DNA of 64,000 bases. It comes from Felis catus (taxonomy: Eukaryota). Each line of letters starts with the position of its first letter. Within the stretch, counting starts at the first letter, position 1. The position numbers and the translations under genes are program-made. This document shows, piece by piece, positions 52,813-64,000 of this stretch. The stretch is taken from positions 79,052,001-79,116,000 of the forward strand of contig NC_058368.1 in assembly GCF_018350175.1 (NCBI RefSeq), written 5' to 3'. Under the pieces are notes generated by a model. The model was not told the DNA's origin. It saw nothing but the letters and a program-made list of their open reading frames with translations, and did no database searches.

Positions 52813-53994
52813 TTCAAAGGATCACACCCACCCAGTGTGATATTTTCGTTACATAAAAATGAACACAGCAAAACTGAATTTCTGTTTTCTGAGATTTGCT
52901 AGAACTCTCCCCCTTGATTAAGATTCAACTCAACTGTGTCCACGTTGCATGCTTGTGTTTAACAATCGTATCCCAGTGGAAAGGCCAAGGCTTTATCTTT
53001 GAGTCAGATCCCAGGGTGATTCATTTCTCCCATACCTGTAACAACAGCACCAGGCAGGGGTCACAGAGCAGTCCTGTTTACAGGCTGGGAGAAAACAGCA
53101 CAGGTATTCAAATTAACTCGTGTGGTGAAGCAGCCAACCAGAGGTGCCACTGAATTGCATAAACCACTGATTACACAACACGCGCAGATACAAAAGTGAT
53201 TCAGACATACCTCGAATCGTTATACAGGATTTTACAGCACACACTCCTGTATTTGTTTGCTTAGATTTCCTGAGAGTCTCAGATATTTTCTTTTGCTGTG
53301 ACTGTGACCGCTTTTTCTTCACCCTCAAAACCCCAGCGGCCACCGCTTGGAGGCATGAACAGGCTTCGCGGCTTGGTTTGCTCTGGATGATTCCTCTTAG
53401 AATTCTCCCTAAAGGATGCACTCGTATTTGCACAATTATAAGTAAGGCTTCTCCAGGCTTCAGGCCGGTGTCCTCTTGATTTTTCGCTGCTGGAGTTCCT
53501 TCACTGCCTAAGTGCGGGGTCCAGGCACACTCTCCACGAGGAATGTTGTAACCACTCGTGTACCGAACTGCCCCTTTACAGCAAAATCAAAGTGTTGAGC
53601 GTTTCTGCGTTTGACCCTCACTGTAGTTGAATCAGGCATTAACAAGTTGGGGCACAGACGTCTTTGCGTGTTTGGATTTAACTTGGAGCAAAGGCGTTTA
53701 TGAGCAGAGGCTGACACAGAATTTAGTAAGCCAAGAACCATCCCCGCAATTAATATTAATGAATATTGGATAACGCCAAAGTGGAGACGTCTATATCGAT
53801 GTTGCAACTCTTTCAGTGGCTGGAATATAATGCTTACCCTACGGTTCCCAGTTCATTACCACCGAGGCATGGTGATCCAATAAAGCCACAGGAAAACAGC
53901 TGCCTTATCCTTTCGATCAGCAAATGAAATGATGGAAGACTTTGCATAGAAGGGCCAAGCGGAGGAGTGAATGTGGGTGGATGGCGGAGCTGGC

Positions 53995-54180
53995 CCGCCC
54001 CGGTCTGAACCCGGCTGCAACACCTACTAATTGAGAAAGGTTTGCGTGTGGGTAACCTCCCCAAACCTCAGTGAGCGCATCTCGAAAACGGGCGTGGAAG
54101 AGACAGCTGCTCAGAATCAGAAAAACCAGATGTCACCTCTAGCAGAGCCGTGGCCCAGCATAAACCCCCAGGCCATAGTA
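53995..54180 (+). mobile_element. MIR fragment
   Basis: taacctccccaaacctcagtgagcgcatctcgaaaacggg. Confidence 0.5.
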
Positions 54181-54759
54181 ATTCTTGTCAGAGCAAAGTG
54201 AACGATCACCATCAGATTGGCCGTGAGCGCTTGCCTTTTACACGAAGAAGGACTTAAATCCTCTTTCCAGTCCAAAGCCATCCTTGGGTAGACATATGCT
54301 TTTAAGGTAAAACTATAAAGAAAATTTTAGTAGGTCGTGTAAGGATCCCAGCCTCACATGTAGGACAAATTTAAAATCAGTCCTTGGCTACAGTTTAACC
54401 TGATTGGAAATATTTTTAAAACACTCATAGCAAAATGGGAGGTGTTGACTACAAATACGTGGGTTGTTTACGAGCTGGGAATCAGTTATGAGGGAAACTA
54501 GCATTGAGCGTTGGTACCAAGAGTGTAAGCAGTATCTTGGAGGGTTGAGTTTTGTCCCGCCAGATGGAAGGGGACTGTCCCGAGTTACCCAGTGAGGGGC
54601 TTTCTGGCTCACACCCTTCGTAAGCTCCTTCCTGCAGTGGCCTCCCAGGCCCCGGGCCATATGCCTGTCCCCGGTCCCACCTGCCCCTTCCTTCCACATG
54701 CCCAACCCATTAGGACCCTACAACCTGGGTCCTGCCTTACGTGTTCACACGCGAGGGAC

Positions 54760-55033
54760 ATCGTCTTTCTCCACAGTCACTTTTTTCCCTCCTTCTCTGA
54801 GCCCCAGTGCGACCCCCTAAATATGCTTCCCTGACCAAACTGCCTGACACGGTGACTCTCACCCCCGCTGCCCTTCAGCTTTGTACCCAGCCTGGAGGCT
54901 GCCACTTTTAATGATCTGCTCATTTGTTTACTTCTTGGTTGTCCTACTGGGAGGTGAGCATCATAATCGCATCTGGAGCATCCGAAAGGTGTCACCTAGT
55001 AGGCATTCAGCAGGCAAGTGAATTAAAGAATGA
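54760..55033 (+). mobile_element. L2 3'-end fragment
   Basis: Ends ...cctagtaggcattcagcaggcaagtgaattaaagaatgaa. Confidence 0.5.
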
Positions 55034-55084
55034 AAAAAAAAAATAGCTTGAAGAGAGGCAGATAAATATGTCTTGAGATGGCTT

Positions 55085-55287
55085 TAAAATTTTTTTTAAC
55101 GTTTATTTATTTTTGAGAGACAGAGCTCAAGCAGGGGAGGGGCAGAGAGAGAGAGAGGGAGACACAGAATCCGAAGCAGGCTCCGGGCTCCGAGCTGTCA
55201 GCACAGAGCCCGATGCAGGGCTCGACCTCAGTCCACAAGATCGTGACCTAAGTCAGATGCTCAACTGACTGAGCCACCCAGGCACCC
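55085..55287 (-). mobile_element. Can-SINE (SINEC_Fc type)
   Basis: TSD gagatggctt (55075-55084 and 55290-55299). Confidence 0.94.
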
Positions 55288-55943
55288 TGGAGATGGCTTC
55301 AAATCCAAACCAGTTTTACTGACTTTCAGATTTTTTTAAATGGCAAACTACAGTCAACCGAATGAAATAGATACTCATTTAGTGCCAGCCTGTTCGATAA
55401 TTGCTCATTGTCGCGACCTCACATGGTTCTGACCCCCGGACCTCACGTTCACCACTGTTCTTATGCACATTGGCTGGGCCAAAGCCTTTCTGCCTGGTTC
55501 CTAAATGCGACCTGTCAGGAGCTGCACTGGCTCCCTCGGTCCCTGGGATCTCAACTCCCCTGCACGGTTTTCAAAGCTGTGTCCATTTTGCCTTCATCCA
55601 GCATTTGCTACCTAAAAACCCCTTCCCATCTGGGCAGACCTAGCTCCTCTCTGTGCTTTGGGGCCAGACTCCACTTGTAAATGACAGGCCACTGTGGGTC
55701 CTCTGACCAGGAGTCCCACTGGTGGGCAGGAAGAGGCAGGGCTGGTGAGGACGGGGTGCTCTAGGTCCGGGGAGTGCATACAGCAAAGCACAGAAACACG
55801 GGTCAGTAAGGAGCTCTGGATATGCCTGGATATGCAGCGCCCCTTGAATGTAAGGGCAAGGGCAAGGGGAGATCATGTCTAGAGGGAAGAGTTAAAAAGG
55901 GTCATGGCAGGTGCAGCCTGGAGGCACAGCTCTGGACTGCTGG

Positions 55944-56090
55944 CCTTCTCCCTTTTTCTTTCCCTCCCTCCTTCCATCCTTCCTCCCTCCCTCTCCCTCC
56001 ATCCTTCTCCCTCCTTCCTTTTCTCCCTCCCCCCATCCTTCCTTCTTCCATCCAACCTTCCCCCTTCTTCCCTTCCTCCCTCCCTCCTTT
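55944..56090 (+). repeat. Polypyrimidine low-complexity tract (CCTT/CCTC/CCAT)
   Basis: About 145 bp, almost entirely C/T. Confidence 0.9.
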
Positions 56091-57091
56091 GGGATCACTG
56101 GAGATGAACTGTTCTGCCACATGTAAAGTATAATAAAGCGAATTATGCTTTTTATCCCTTTAGAATAATTTGTTAGCCTAAAACTTGAGAAAGGCCAACC
56201 TAACAGCAGTCACAATCCACTGTGTCCCAGCACACAAAGATCAGAAGCAGCATGCTTATTCTGGGGTGAACAAAAATCCCCCAGTACGTTGGAGCTTTTT
56301 GAGGTCCCTGGGGAAGCAAGAGCCAATCACGGCTCACTGGCCAGTCCAACAGAGGGGTCCCGATTGGGGGAATGGGAGGTGGCGAGGGCCACACCTGACC
56401 CCGTGATGGCCAGTTGTGCTTGCTTGACATGCTCTGGTCTATGGCACTTGCTGTGTTTTACTTTATTATTCCTACATAATTAAAAAAAAAATCTTCATTT
56501 GGCTCTTTGGCCTAATATGGACAACAGTTTCCATGTTCATAGATCTCCAAGCCCCCGATAGGGGACGGACAGTGAACAATTAGGTAATGTGGTTAGTGTA
56601 CAGAATCCAGAAGTGGGTTTGTAAAGTTTAATCTTCCTAAATGGATAAGAACTAATTTTGTAATGATGCCGAAAATATATTTGTGATTTTTTTGCAACCT
56701 AGAGGGTTGGCTCAGCTCTGCTTAATTTAATAATTGAGAAAACTTCTGAATTTATTTCCATGCTTCTTTTAGGAAATAGTGCTCTCAAGACACACAGGGC
56801 TACAGTGACAGGTTATTAGACTACGACATCAAACTTTGTGTATAGATATGCTTGAAAATAACAAATCATGAAATTCATTATCACCACTTAATATTCCCTA
56901 TGATGTGTTAGAGTGTTGTGGCAAAATTCGGTGAATATTTTGTAGGCCGTAAAGTTAATTAACGGTGATTATGAATTTACCATACAATTAAGGTTTCATT
57001 TGGTAAGTTTTATTATTTTCTTCTACTATTGTATTAAATTATTCGGTCCATTTTATCAGTAGAGAATAATCCTTTCCGAAATTTGTTTTAG

Positions 57092-57250
57092 GTTTTGAGA
57101 CTAACATGAACCTAACTGGCCGAGATGATCCTGGTAGAGCAGAAATTGTATCCGAGACTCAAGATAGAAATGCAAATAACCATGGAATTCAATTATCTAA
57201 TTCACTCTCAAGTGCTATCACGGCTGAAAATGGGAATTCTGTCTCAAATG
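57092..57250 (+). CDS. MYO16: MYO16 distal tail exon (159 nt): [53 protein letters not shown]
   Basis: Acceptor atttgttttag|GT, consensus donor AATG|gtaagt. Stop-free and in frame with the previous exon (G+GT=Gly). Absent from the ORF track; found by reading. Confidence 0.93.
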
Positions 57251-58175
57251 GTAAGTGCTTTTTAAACTCAGAAGTAAATAGATGAAAGTATTAAGCTCTA
57301 TCAACTTTCTAGGGAGAATGGATTTGAGACATAAAAATGAAGTAGGCTTAAAACCTGGAACATAGATCATAAACTTTACTGTAGGGTGTATTGTAGCATT
57401 TTATTGGTCAGGTTAAAGAATTACAGTTGCATTTGGTGTTAGTTGACTTTTCAGAGATTGTTACAGAGTATCTCATATGTGGGAACCAATATAAAATGAG
57501 ATTATACAGGACCAAAGGAGGAGATAGGTGCTTTAACAATAGTTTTAATTAAAAAAAAAAAAAAACATACCTTTTTCTTCTCATCTCTGAATGGTGTGAA
57601 GGGAAATAATATTGAAGTCATGGTAAACACCAAACAGGCCTTAAGCATTTAATTGGAGTGTATCAATGAATGCATCATCTAGAACTTGGCTAGACTGTGT
57701 GTATCCAAAATAGCGGCTTAGACAAAGCCACTTGAATCTTGGGAAGATTCAGACCAATCTTTTCCTGAGAACATGCAGAAAAGCTGGCCAAAACTTTCTT
57801 TGTTGTTTAATCTGATTAAAGGCACTAGGAAACTATTAAGACAGTGAGATCCTGGGAAGACACTGAGGAAGGCGGTATGGAATGTATAGAGGCCAAGCAA
57901 GGAGGCTGACATTCTAGGCTTTTCTCTGAGGGACGTCCAGGGCACTTTCCTTGTCCCCAGAAGGCAACTCAGAGGCCGGGAGGGACTTCTGACTGCCTCC
58001 AAGGATTGTGGGGAGACTAAGTCCAGGGCCTGCCAAGGCCATGGGCTGGAGCCTTGAAGTGTCCAAAGGTCAGGTGGACCCAACTAGAAGCCACAGCACA
58101 GTTACGGGTCATTTCAATCCCTGATGTTGGACAGAGGTCCTCCCGGACTGACAGGGCCCACCGGTGCCTGGGAGG

Positions 58176-58179
<4 letters not shown>

Positions 58180-58219
<40 letters not shown>
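58180..58219 (+). repeat. (GT)n microsatellite
   Basis: Direct reading, about 20 units. Confidence 0.95.
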
Positions 58220-58222
<3 letters not shown>

Positions 58223-58832
58223 AAAGGACAATTACAGCATCTGAGGCTTCAAACTGCTCTAACAGACCATTTTTCAAATAATTCAACACATAGTCAAAAA
58301 AAAACCCGAGCACATGAGGACAGAAAGCAAGATGAAAAATGAACAAGCAGAAATAGCCGTCGATTGCCGTTACATCCATGGGGTCCCAAAAGATTGGAGT
58401 TCAAACGCACGTACTTTAAAATAAGTATGTTTACACTCTGCCCAAGGAGATAAAAGAAGGAATCAGCAGAAACAATGGGAAACTATAAAAACGTGTCAAA
58501 TGGAAATTCTGAAATTGAGAAATAGTCATAAAATTAAGTACAACAGAGGATGGGTTTAAAGTTAATTAGACACAGTCATTTGGGAGAAGGGAAAAAAAAA
58601 AAAACAACCTGGGGAAGTGGGAGATAAATCAGAGGATATCGGGAATGAAACACAAAGAAGCGAAGAGAAGATTAAGGATTCCAGAAAGTGTTTGGAGACA
58701 TGGAAGTCTTGGTTGAGAGAGTCATCGGAATTTTAGAGAAAGAGATTATGCAGGCAGCGGAGAAGACTGTGTCCATGTGAATGCCTGTGTGCGAATGATT
58801 ATTGATAATCACCTACAATGGATATCCTTCCA

Positions 58833-59050
58833 GGAGCCTGGGAGGGCTCAGTCGGTTAAGTGTCCAGCTTCGGCTCAGGTCATGATCTCACGGTCCATGG
58901 GATGGAGCCCCGTGTTGGGCTCTGTGCTGACAGCTCAGAGCCTGGATGCTGCTTTGGATTCTGTGTCTCCCCCTCTCTCTGCCCCTCCACCACTTGTGTT
59001 CTCTCTCTCTCTCTCAAGAATAAATCAGCATTAAAAAATACACATATTTA
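58833..59050 (+). mobile_element. Can-SINE (SINEC_Fc type)
   Basis: Typical body; TSD-like aatggatatccttc / aatggataccttc. Confidence 0.93.
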
Positions 59051-59081
59051 AAATGGATACCTTCAACTGGTGACCGGGTCA

Positions 59082-59580
59082 TGTTCATTATCTCCTCCTG
59101 TGTAAAAACTACTGCCTTCCAGAACTCAGAGGCTTAATTCAACAAAAGGCTATGTTTTCATACCTTCTGTGGGTCAGGAATCTGGCTGTGGCTGAGGGGA
59201 GTGCCTTTGTTGCAAGGTCCCCTGTGAGGCGGCTGTCAACTGACTGTTGGCCAAAACCCTAGTCATCTTGACGCTTGATGGAAAGGTGGCCCAATTTCAG
59301 GATCACTTACATGGCCGCTGGCAGGCCTCACCAGCCCACTCACACGGCCTTCGCCATAAGGGTGGCCTCGAACCAGGGCAGCTGGCCATGAGAGAGCAAG
59401 AAAGAACATCTGGGTGGGGGCCGCGGTCCTTACCTAGCCCACCCCTGCAGGCAACGCCCAGCACGTCTGCCACATTCTGTCTGTAGGTCATCCATGCCGG
59501 CTACCGGATGGGAGGGGGTTAGATGAGTTGTGAGTGCCTGGTGGTGGGCTCACTGGGGGACATTGTATAGGCTGCCTGGC
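59082..59580 (-). mobile_element. MLT1-type solo LTR
   Basis: ttctgtgggtcaggaatctgg motif and typical MLT1 layout. Confidence 0.7.
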
Positions 59581-59721
59581 ACGTGGATAAACAGCCAAAA
59601 AAGTTTGGGGGGGGCACTAACCTTACACGCCACGAAACGGGTGCCTCTCAAGCACATTGCGCTAAGTGCAGAAAGAATCCGACATTGCCCAAGGCTGCGT
59701 GAGTGGCAGGGGATGGTCTGC

Positions 59722-60086
59722 TGTCTAGTTCCGTCCAGGCAGCTGTAGCAAAATACCCAAACCGGGCGGCTCATCAACAGCATAAGTATTTGCTCACAGT
59801 CCCGGATGTCCACGATCACGATCAGCGGGGCCGGTGCGGTCGGTGCCGACTTGGGCCCTCCTCCACCTGGCTGATTGCCAGTCTCTCTGTGTCCTCACAA
59901 GATGGGAAGGAATGAGCCAGGGCTCTGGGGTCTCTTTCAGAAGTGCATGAACCCCAGTCGTGAGGGCTCCAGCCTCATGACCTAACATCCTCTGAGAGGC
60001 CCTCCCTCCTAAAGCCATCACCTTGAAGGCTGGGATTCCAAAATAAACATTTGGGAAGAGGGGGGACAGACACTCAGACCATAGCA
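59722..60086 (-). mobile_element. MLT1A-like solo LTR
   Basis: gctgtagcaaaatacc ... atttgctcacagt ... gcctcatgacctaa ... cactcagaccatagca. Confidence 0.82.
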
Positions 60087-60386
60087 GACTGCAGAAGGCC
60101 ATGAATTGCTGTTGACAAACAAGAATGTACATGTTCCTCGAAATTGATAGACATCTTTCTGTCTACAAATGTGACTTTTCTTGAAACAAACAAAGCCTGA
60201 GTAGAATAAATAAAAACAAAACTGCTCCTAGGCATATCATAGTGAACCACGGGTAACTATGAGTGAATCTTAAAAGCAGCCAGAAGTTAAAAAAAAAGAC
60301 AAGTTCCAAAGAGCAACAATGGAAGTCCAAAGACACCAAAGTCACGTATGTCATGTGCTCAAATAAAATAATTGCCAAGCTAGAAT

Positions 60387-60589
60387 TAAAAAAAAAAAAA
60401 TGTTTGTTTATTTTTGAGAGAGACAGAGTTCAAGCAGGAGAGGGGTGGGGGGATGACGCAGAATCCAAAGCAGCTCCAGGGTCTGAGCTGTCAGCACAGA
60501 GCCCCACATGGAGCTTGAACCCACGAACCCTGAGATCATGACCTGAGCCAGAGTCGGCTGCTTAACGGACTGAGCCACCCTAGTGTCCC
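60387..60589 (-). mobile_element. Can-SINE (SINEC_Fc type)
   Basis: Reverse copy inserted in old L1 sequence. Confidence 0.92.
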
Positions 60590-61030
60590 TAGATTTTTAT
60601 AAGCAATAAAAAAACTTCTGTAAGAATGAAAAGGAGCTAAAGATAGTTTTAGAAAAAGGTAAGAAGTGGAAGATGAAGGCCAGCCATACCCAAATTCTCA
60701 GAGATACAAACAGGAAAAAGAATGGAAAAACCAACTGAAGTCGAGATTATGCACAGATAACTCAAACTAGCTGTAATTTCAAAGGCCACCACAGAAGGAA
60801 TAATAGTGGAGTATATAATTTCCAAACTAATAGGGTAAAACAGAATAATAAAAGCCAGCCCACCCAAAAGTTGGCAAAAATGAGGTAAACCGGAGATTTC
60901 TGGAAAACAGGCCAAATAGAAAGGTCGTAGATGGTAGACACAAAAGCCCCTTTGAAAATAACTAAACTCGAATTCCATGAAATTTTAAGAGACCCGTTTA
61001 ATGTGAATTTCCATTATAGATGAGTTGATT

Positions 61031-61250
61031 GGGGTGCCTGGGTGGCTCAGTCGGTTAAACATCTGACTTCGGCTCAGGTCATGATCTACCAGTTCATGGG
61101 TTTGAGCCCGCATCGGGCTCTGTGCTGACAGCTCAGAGCCTGGAGCCTGCTTCGGATTCTGTCTCCCTCTCTTTCTGCCCCTGCCCCACTCATGCTCTGT
61201 CTCTTAAAAATAAATAAACATTAAATATTTTTAAAAAACCTTTTTTAAAA
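61031..61250 (+). mobile_element. Can-SINE (SINEC_Fc type)
   Basis: Full-length copy; TSD-like tgagttgatt / tgaattgatt. Confidence 0.94.
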
Positions 61251-62357
61251 AGGTGAATTGATTTATACAATATTTTAAAGCGTAAAATTTCTGAAAACCA
61301 TGTAAAACATGATGCTTAACATTTAAATGTGAGGGGAAAATACAGACTATTGGAACGAATGCCAATGAAAACATAACAGAACGCACAGGATACTGCTAGT
61401 GTCTTAATCAGTGGAAATGTATGTCTTTAAACCCATACATTACAAAAGAGGAAAGGCCAAAAATTGGGGTTTTTAAATGTCAACAAGTTTGAAACAGAAC
61501 CACAAATTAAACACCAAGCAAGTAGGAGGAAAGATGTGACAAAGGTAAGACCTGTGTCACTGAAATTTATAACAAATAGGTAACAAATAACAAACCCAAA
61601 AGTTTTCAAACAAAAACAATCTTTGCAGCATGAATAAAATTGCCAAGTTTCCTGCAAGGGTGACAGGGAAATAAAGAAGGGGACCCAGAAGGCCAACTCT
61701 AGGGACAAAGAGACCTGCCACAGATCTTACAGAAATGAAAAATAATACTGAGTATTGTACAAACAGTTTGTGCCAAGACAGTTTTGCCAATTTACTTATT
61801 TATTTTTAATTTGTGGATTTAGATGAGGAGACACATTAAAAAACGAATACAACTAACCAAAATGGACCAAAAAAAATTAAAAAGGCTAAATGGTAACGTA
61901 AATATTAAATTAATTGAATTTGTAATTGAACACTTTTCTATGAGGAAAACACTAGGCCCAAATGACTTTTCCAGTGAGTTGCCTCAAAATTTTAAAAAGG
62001 ACGAAACAATGCCAATATTACACAAACTCTTCCAGAGACTAGGGATACAGAAGAAGGGGGGAATAAAGAAAAGCTTCCCAGCTTGCATAAATAACCACTT
62101 AATTTATGACGAACTTGGCATTGCAGGGCGCTGGGGGAAGGATAATGGATGGCTACCCATGTGAGGAAAACAGTGAACTTGACCCCTACTTGGTGCCCTA
62201 CACACAAAAGATTTCTGGTGGATTAGACATCCAAGTGTCAAACATAAAATAAAATTTGTAGTAGAAAATATAGGATGATTTTTTTTAACTTCAGAGGTAG
62301 GAAAAGAAAGAAGAACTTCTTACACAGGCCACAAAAGAGTGCTAACTACAAAGGGGA

Positions 62358-62362
<5 letters not shown>

Positions 62363-62405
<43 letters not shown>
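62363..62405 (+). repeat. (TG)n microsatellite
   Basis: Direct reading, about 21 units. Confidence 0.95.
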
Positions 62406-62408
<3 letters not shown>

Positions 62409-62625
62409 AGTATACACATGTATTCAACACATTTAACTAATGAAGACTCATATTCAGAGTTTACTTATAAACAAGACTATTGAATAGGAAATTGTTTTTG
62501 GACATTAATAAGCACAAACATTTTTCAGAGCCCAACTTCATTGGTAATTAGAGAAAATGCACATGAAAAGCACAGGAGAACGACACACAACACAACACAA
62601 CCTGCAGAATGGGAGCACTGAGCGC

Positions 62626-62853
62626 AGGGGAGGAGGGGCTGCAGGAGGAGGGGCTCCTAGGAAGGGGAGCTGGGGGAGGGGAGCTGGGTTGAGAGATAGG
62701 GGAGGGGCTCTGAGGAGGAGGGGCTCCGGGAGGAGAGGCTCTGGGAGGGGGTTGCTGGGGAGGAAGGGCTCCAGGGGGGTTGGACTCTGGAAAGGACGAG
62801 GGGGTTTGGCGAGGGAGGGGCTGGGGGGAGGGGCTCCAGGAGGGAGGGACTCT
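62626..62853 (+). repeat. Degenerate ~15-bp G-rich minisatellite (approx. GGGAGGAGGGGCTCY)
   Basis: Recurring ggaggagggctcc / ggaggggctct / ggaggagaggctct / ggaggaagggctcc units. Confidence 0.75.
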
Positions 62854-63460
62854 ATGCATCCCCCATAGGGATGTCCCCATCCTGTGTCAGAAGTCCCTCT
62901 GGGTCCAGGAGAACATAGGGAGGCTGGGGGTGCAGTTTCTAGGCCTAGTACATTGCCCGCCCACATGTGCTCTCCGCCAGGGTCCAGAGCAGGAGGAGGA
63001 CAGCGGGTGTAGGATGAAAACCAGGCAGGGCATTGCAGTGACAAGTCACAGGTTACCTGGAGGGACCAGAGGCAGGTAGTCGGTGGGGACAGAGCATTAA
63101 GGTCTCCAGAGCAGTGTGGGGATTCTCTGTTGACACTCGGAAAAAAGATCGTTGGAATCACACGCAAGGAGAAAAACCCAAATGTGTTTAGGAATCTCAC
63201 CCACCATATTAAGCAAGGATAATGAATAATGATCAAAAGTAGGCGGATCACAAGGCAGAGGCTTCTTGGTGCAATGGGGGTGTGGGGTGGGGGGTGGCAG
63301 TAAGTATCTTACATCAGTAAGATACAGAAGGATTTTTCTGCCAGCAAGAAACACCGCTAGAAAAAGGAAACCGCTTACCGAATTGTATTGCCACCGCGAA
63401 CAGACCAAAGTTCAGCAAAGAATGATGCAGGCTCTCGGGACCCCATAGTATTGTCCTGCC

Positions 63461-63680
63461 TTAAAAAAAAAAAAACGTTTCTTTATTTATTTTGAGAGAG
63501 GGACAGCACAAGCAACGTGGGGGAGAGGGGGCAGAGAAAGAGGGAGAGACAGAATCCCAAGCAGGCTCTGCCCTGTCAACACAGAGCCCAACGCAGGGCT
63601 CGATCCTGATCCCGGGAGATCATGACCTGAGCTGAAGTCAAGAGTCAAACACTTAACTAGCTGAGACACCCAGGTGCCCC
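63461..63680 (-). mobile_element. Can-SINE
   Basis: Reverse copy ending ...gagacacccaggtgcccc. Confidence 0.93.
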
Positions 63681-64000
63681 AGTTTTGACCTTTCTAAACA
63701 TCGTCTCCTGACTGAATTTCACAGCTTTTAAAAATAACATATTATTAATGTGGCATTTATAATTTCATGCATGTTATGAAAATTATACATGTTTTAGAAT
63801 AGTGTGAAGAACAATTCTTTTAGGGAAGAATAATAAAGAATAAAAACTACCATCAATCCTATTACCTAGAAATACTCCAAAAATGTCTATTATTCCACTG
63901 TGTTGAGTTTTATTTTTTCACACAAATGCGTGTATCTACATCGTATATTTGGCTTTATTTTTATAAAGTTTGAGTTATACATGGATGCAGTTTTACTGTT

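Larger units (their letters stand above)
58290..62600 (+). mobile_element. Decayed, fragmented L1 (L1M-type) interrupted by SINEs and MLT LTRs
   Basis: A-rich + strand. ORF 61823..62164 contains KTLGPNDFSSELPQNFKKDETMPILHKLFQ, resembling L1 ORF2 K-PGPDGF--EF---FK----PIL-KLFQ. Boundaries are approximate. Confidence 0.75.

Noticed and set aside
61823..62164. 113-aa ORF as a functional gene
   Set aside because: Decayed L1 ORF2 fragment.
62538..63251. 237-aa Pro-rich minus-strand ORF
   Set aside because: Arises from the C-rich strand of the minisatellite; no other coding evidence.
55900..64000. Ortholog of the human antisense lncRNA MYO16-AS1
   Set aside because: I recall an antisense transcript near the 3' part of human MYO16, but nothing in this sequence lets me define one.

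Overview
This is mammalian (felid) genomic DNA, not prokaryotic. It covers part of the myosin XVI gene (MYO16/NYAP3) on the + strand. Five coding exons join in one stop-free frame: 16496-16592, 21839-22085, 24250-24521, 35304-36350 and 57092-57250. They encode the end of the motor/converter, the single IQ motif, and the Pro-rich NYAP-homology tail with YxxM motifs. Neither end of the gene lies in the window. The introns carry about 20 carnivore tRNA-derived Can-SINEs (feline SINEC_Fc type), a two-LTR MLT1 MaLR provirus, solo MLT LTRs, Tigger2, MER20 and MER5 DNA transposons, decayed L1/L2/MIR pieces and microsatellites. Almost all ORF-track entries are spurious. I see no new multi-gene system. 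The most unusual sequence-level features are: (1) a 32-bp tandem repeat that straddles the large tail exon's 3' end and triplicates its splice donor; (2) a young 188-bp inverted duplication with a fold-back palindrome and 13-bp direct repeats at its junctions; (3) an unidentified poly(A)-tailed insert inside Tigger2. Repeat family names and human/rat MYO16 comparisons come from my recollection of consensus sequences, not from a search.
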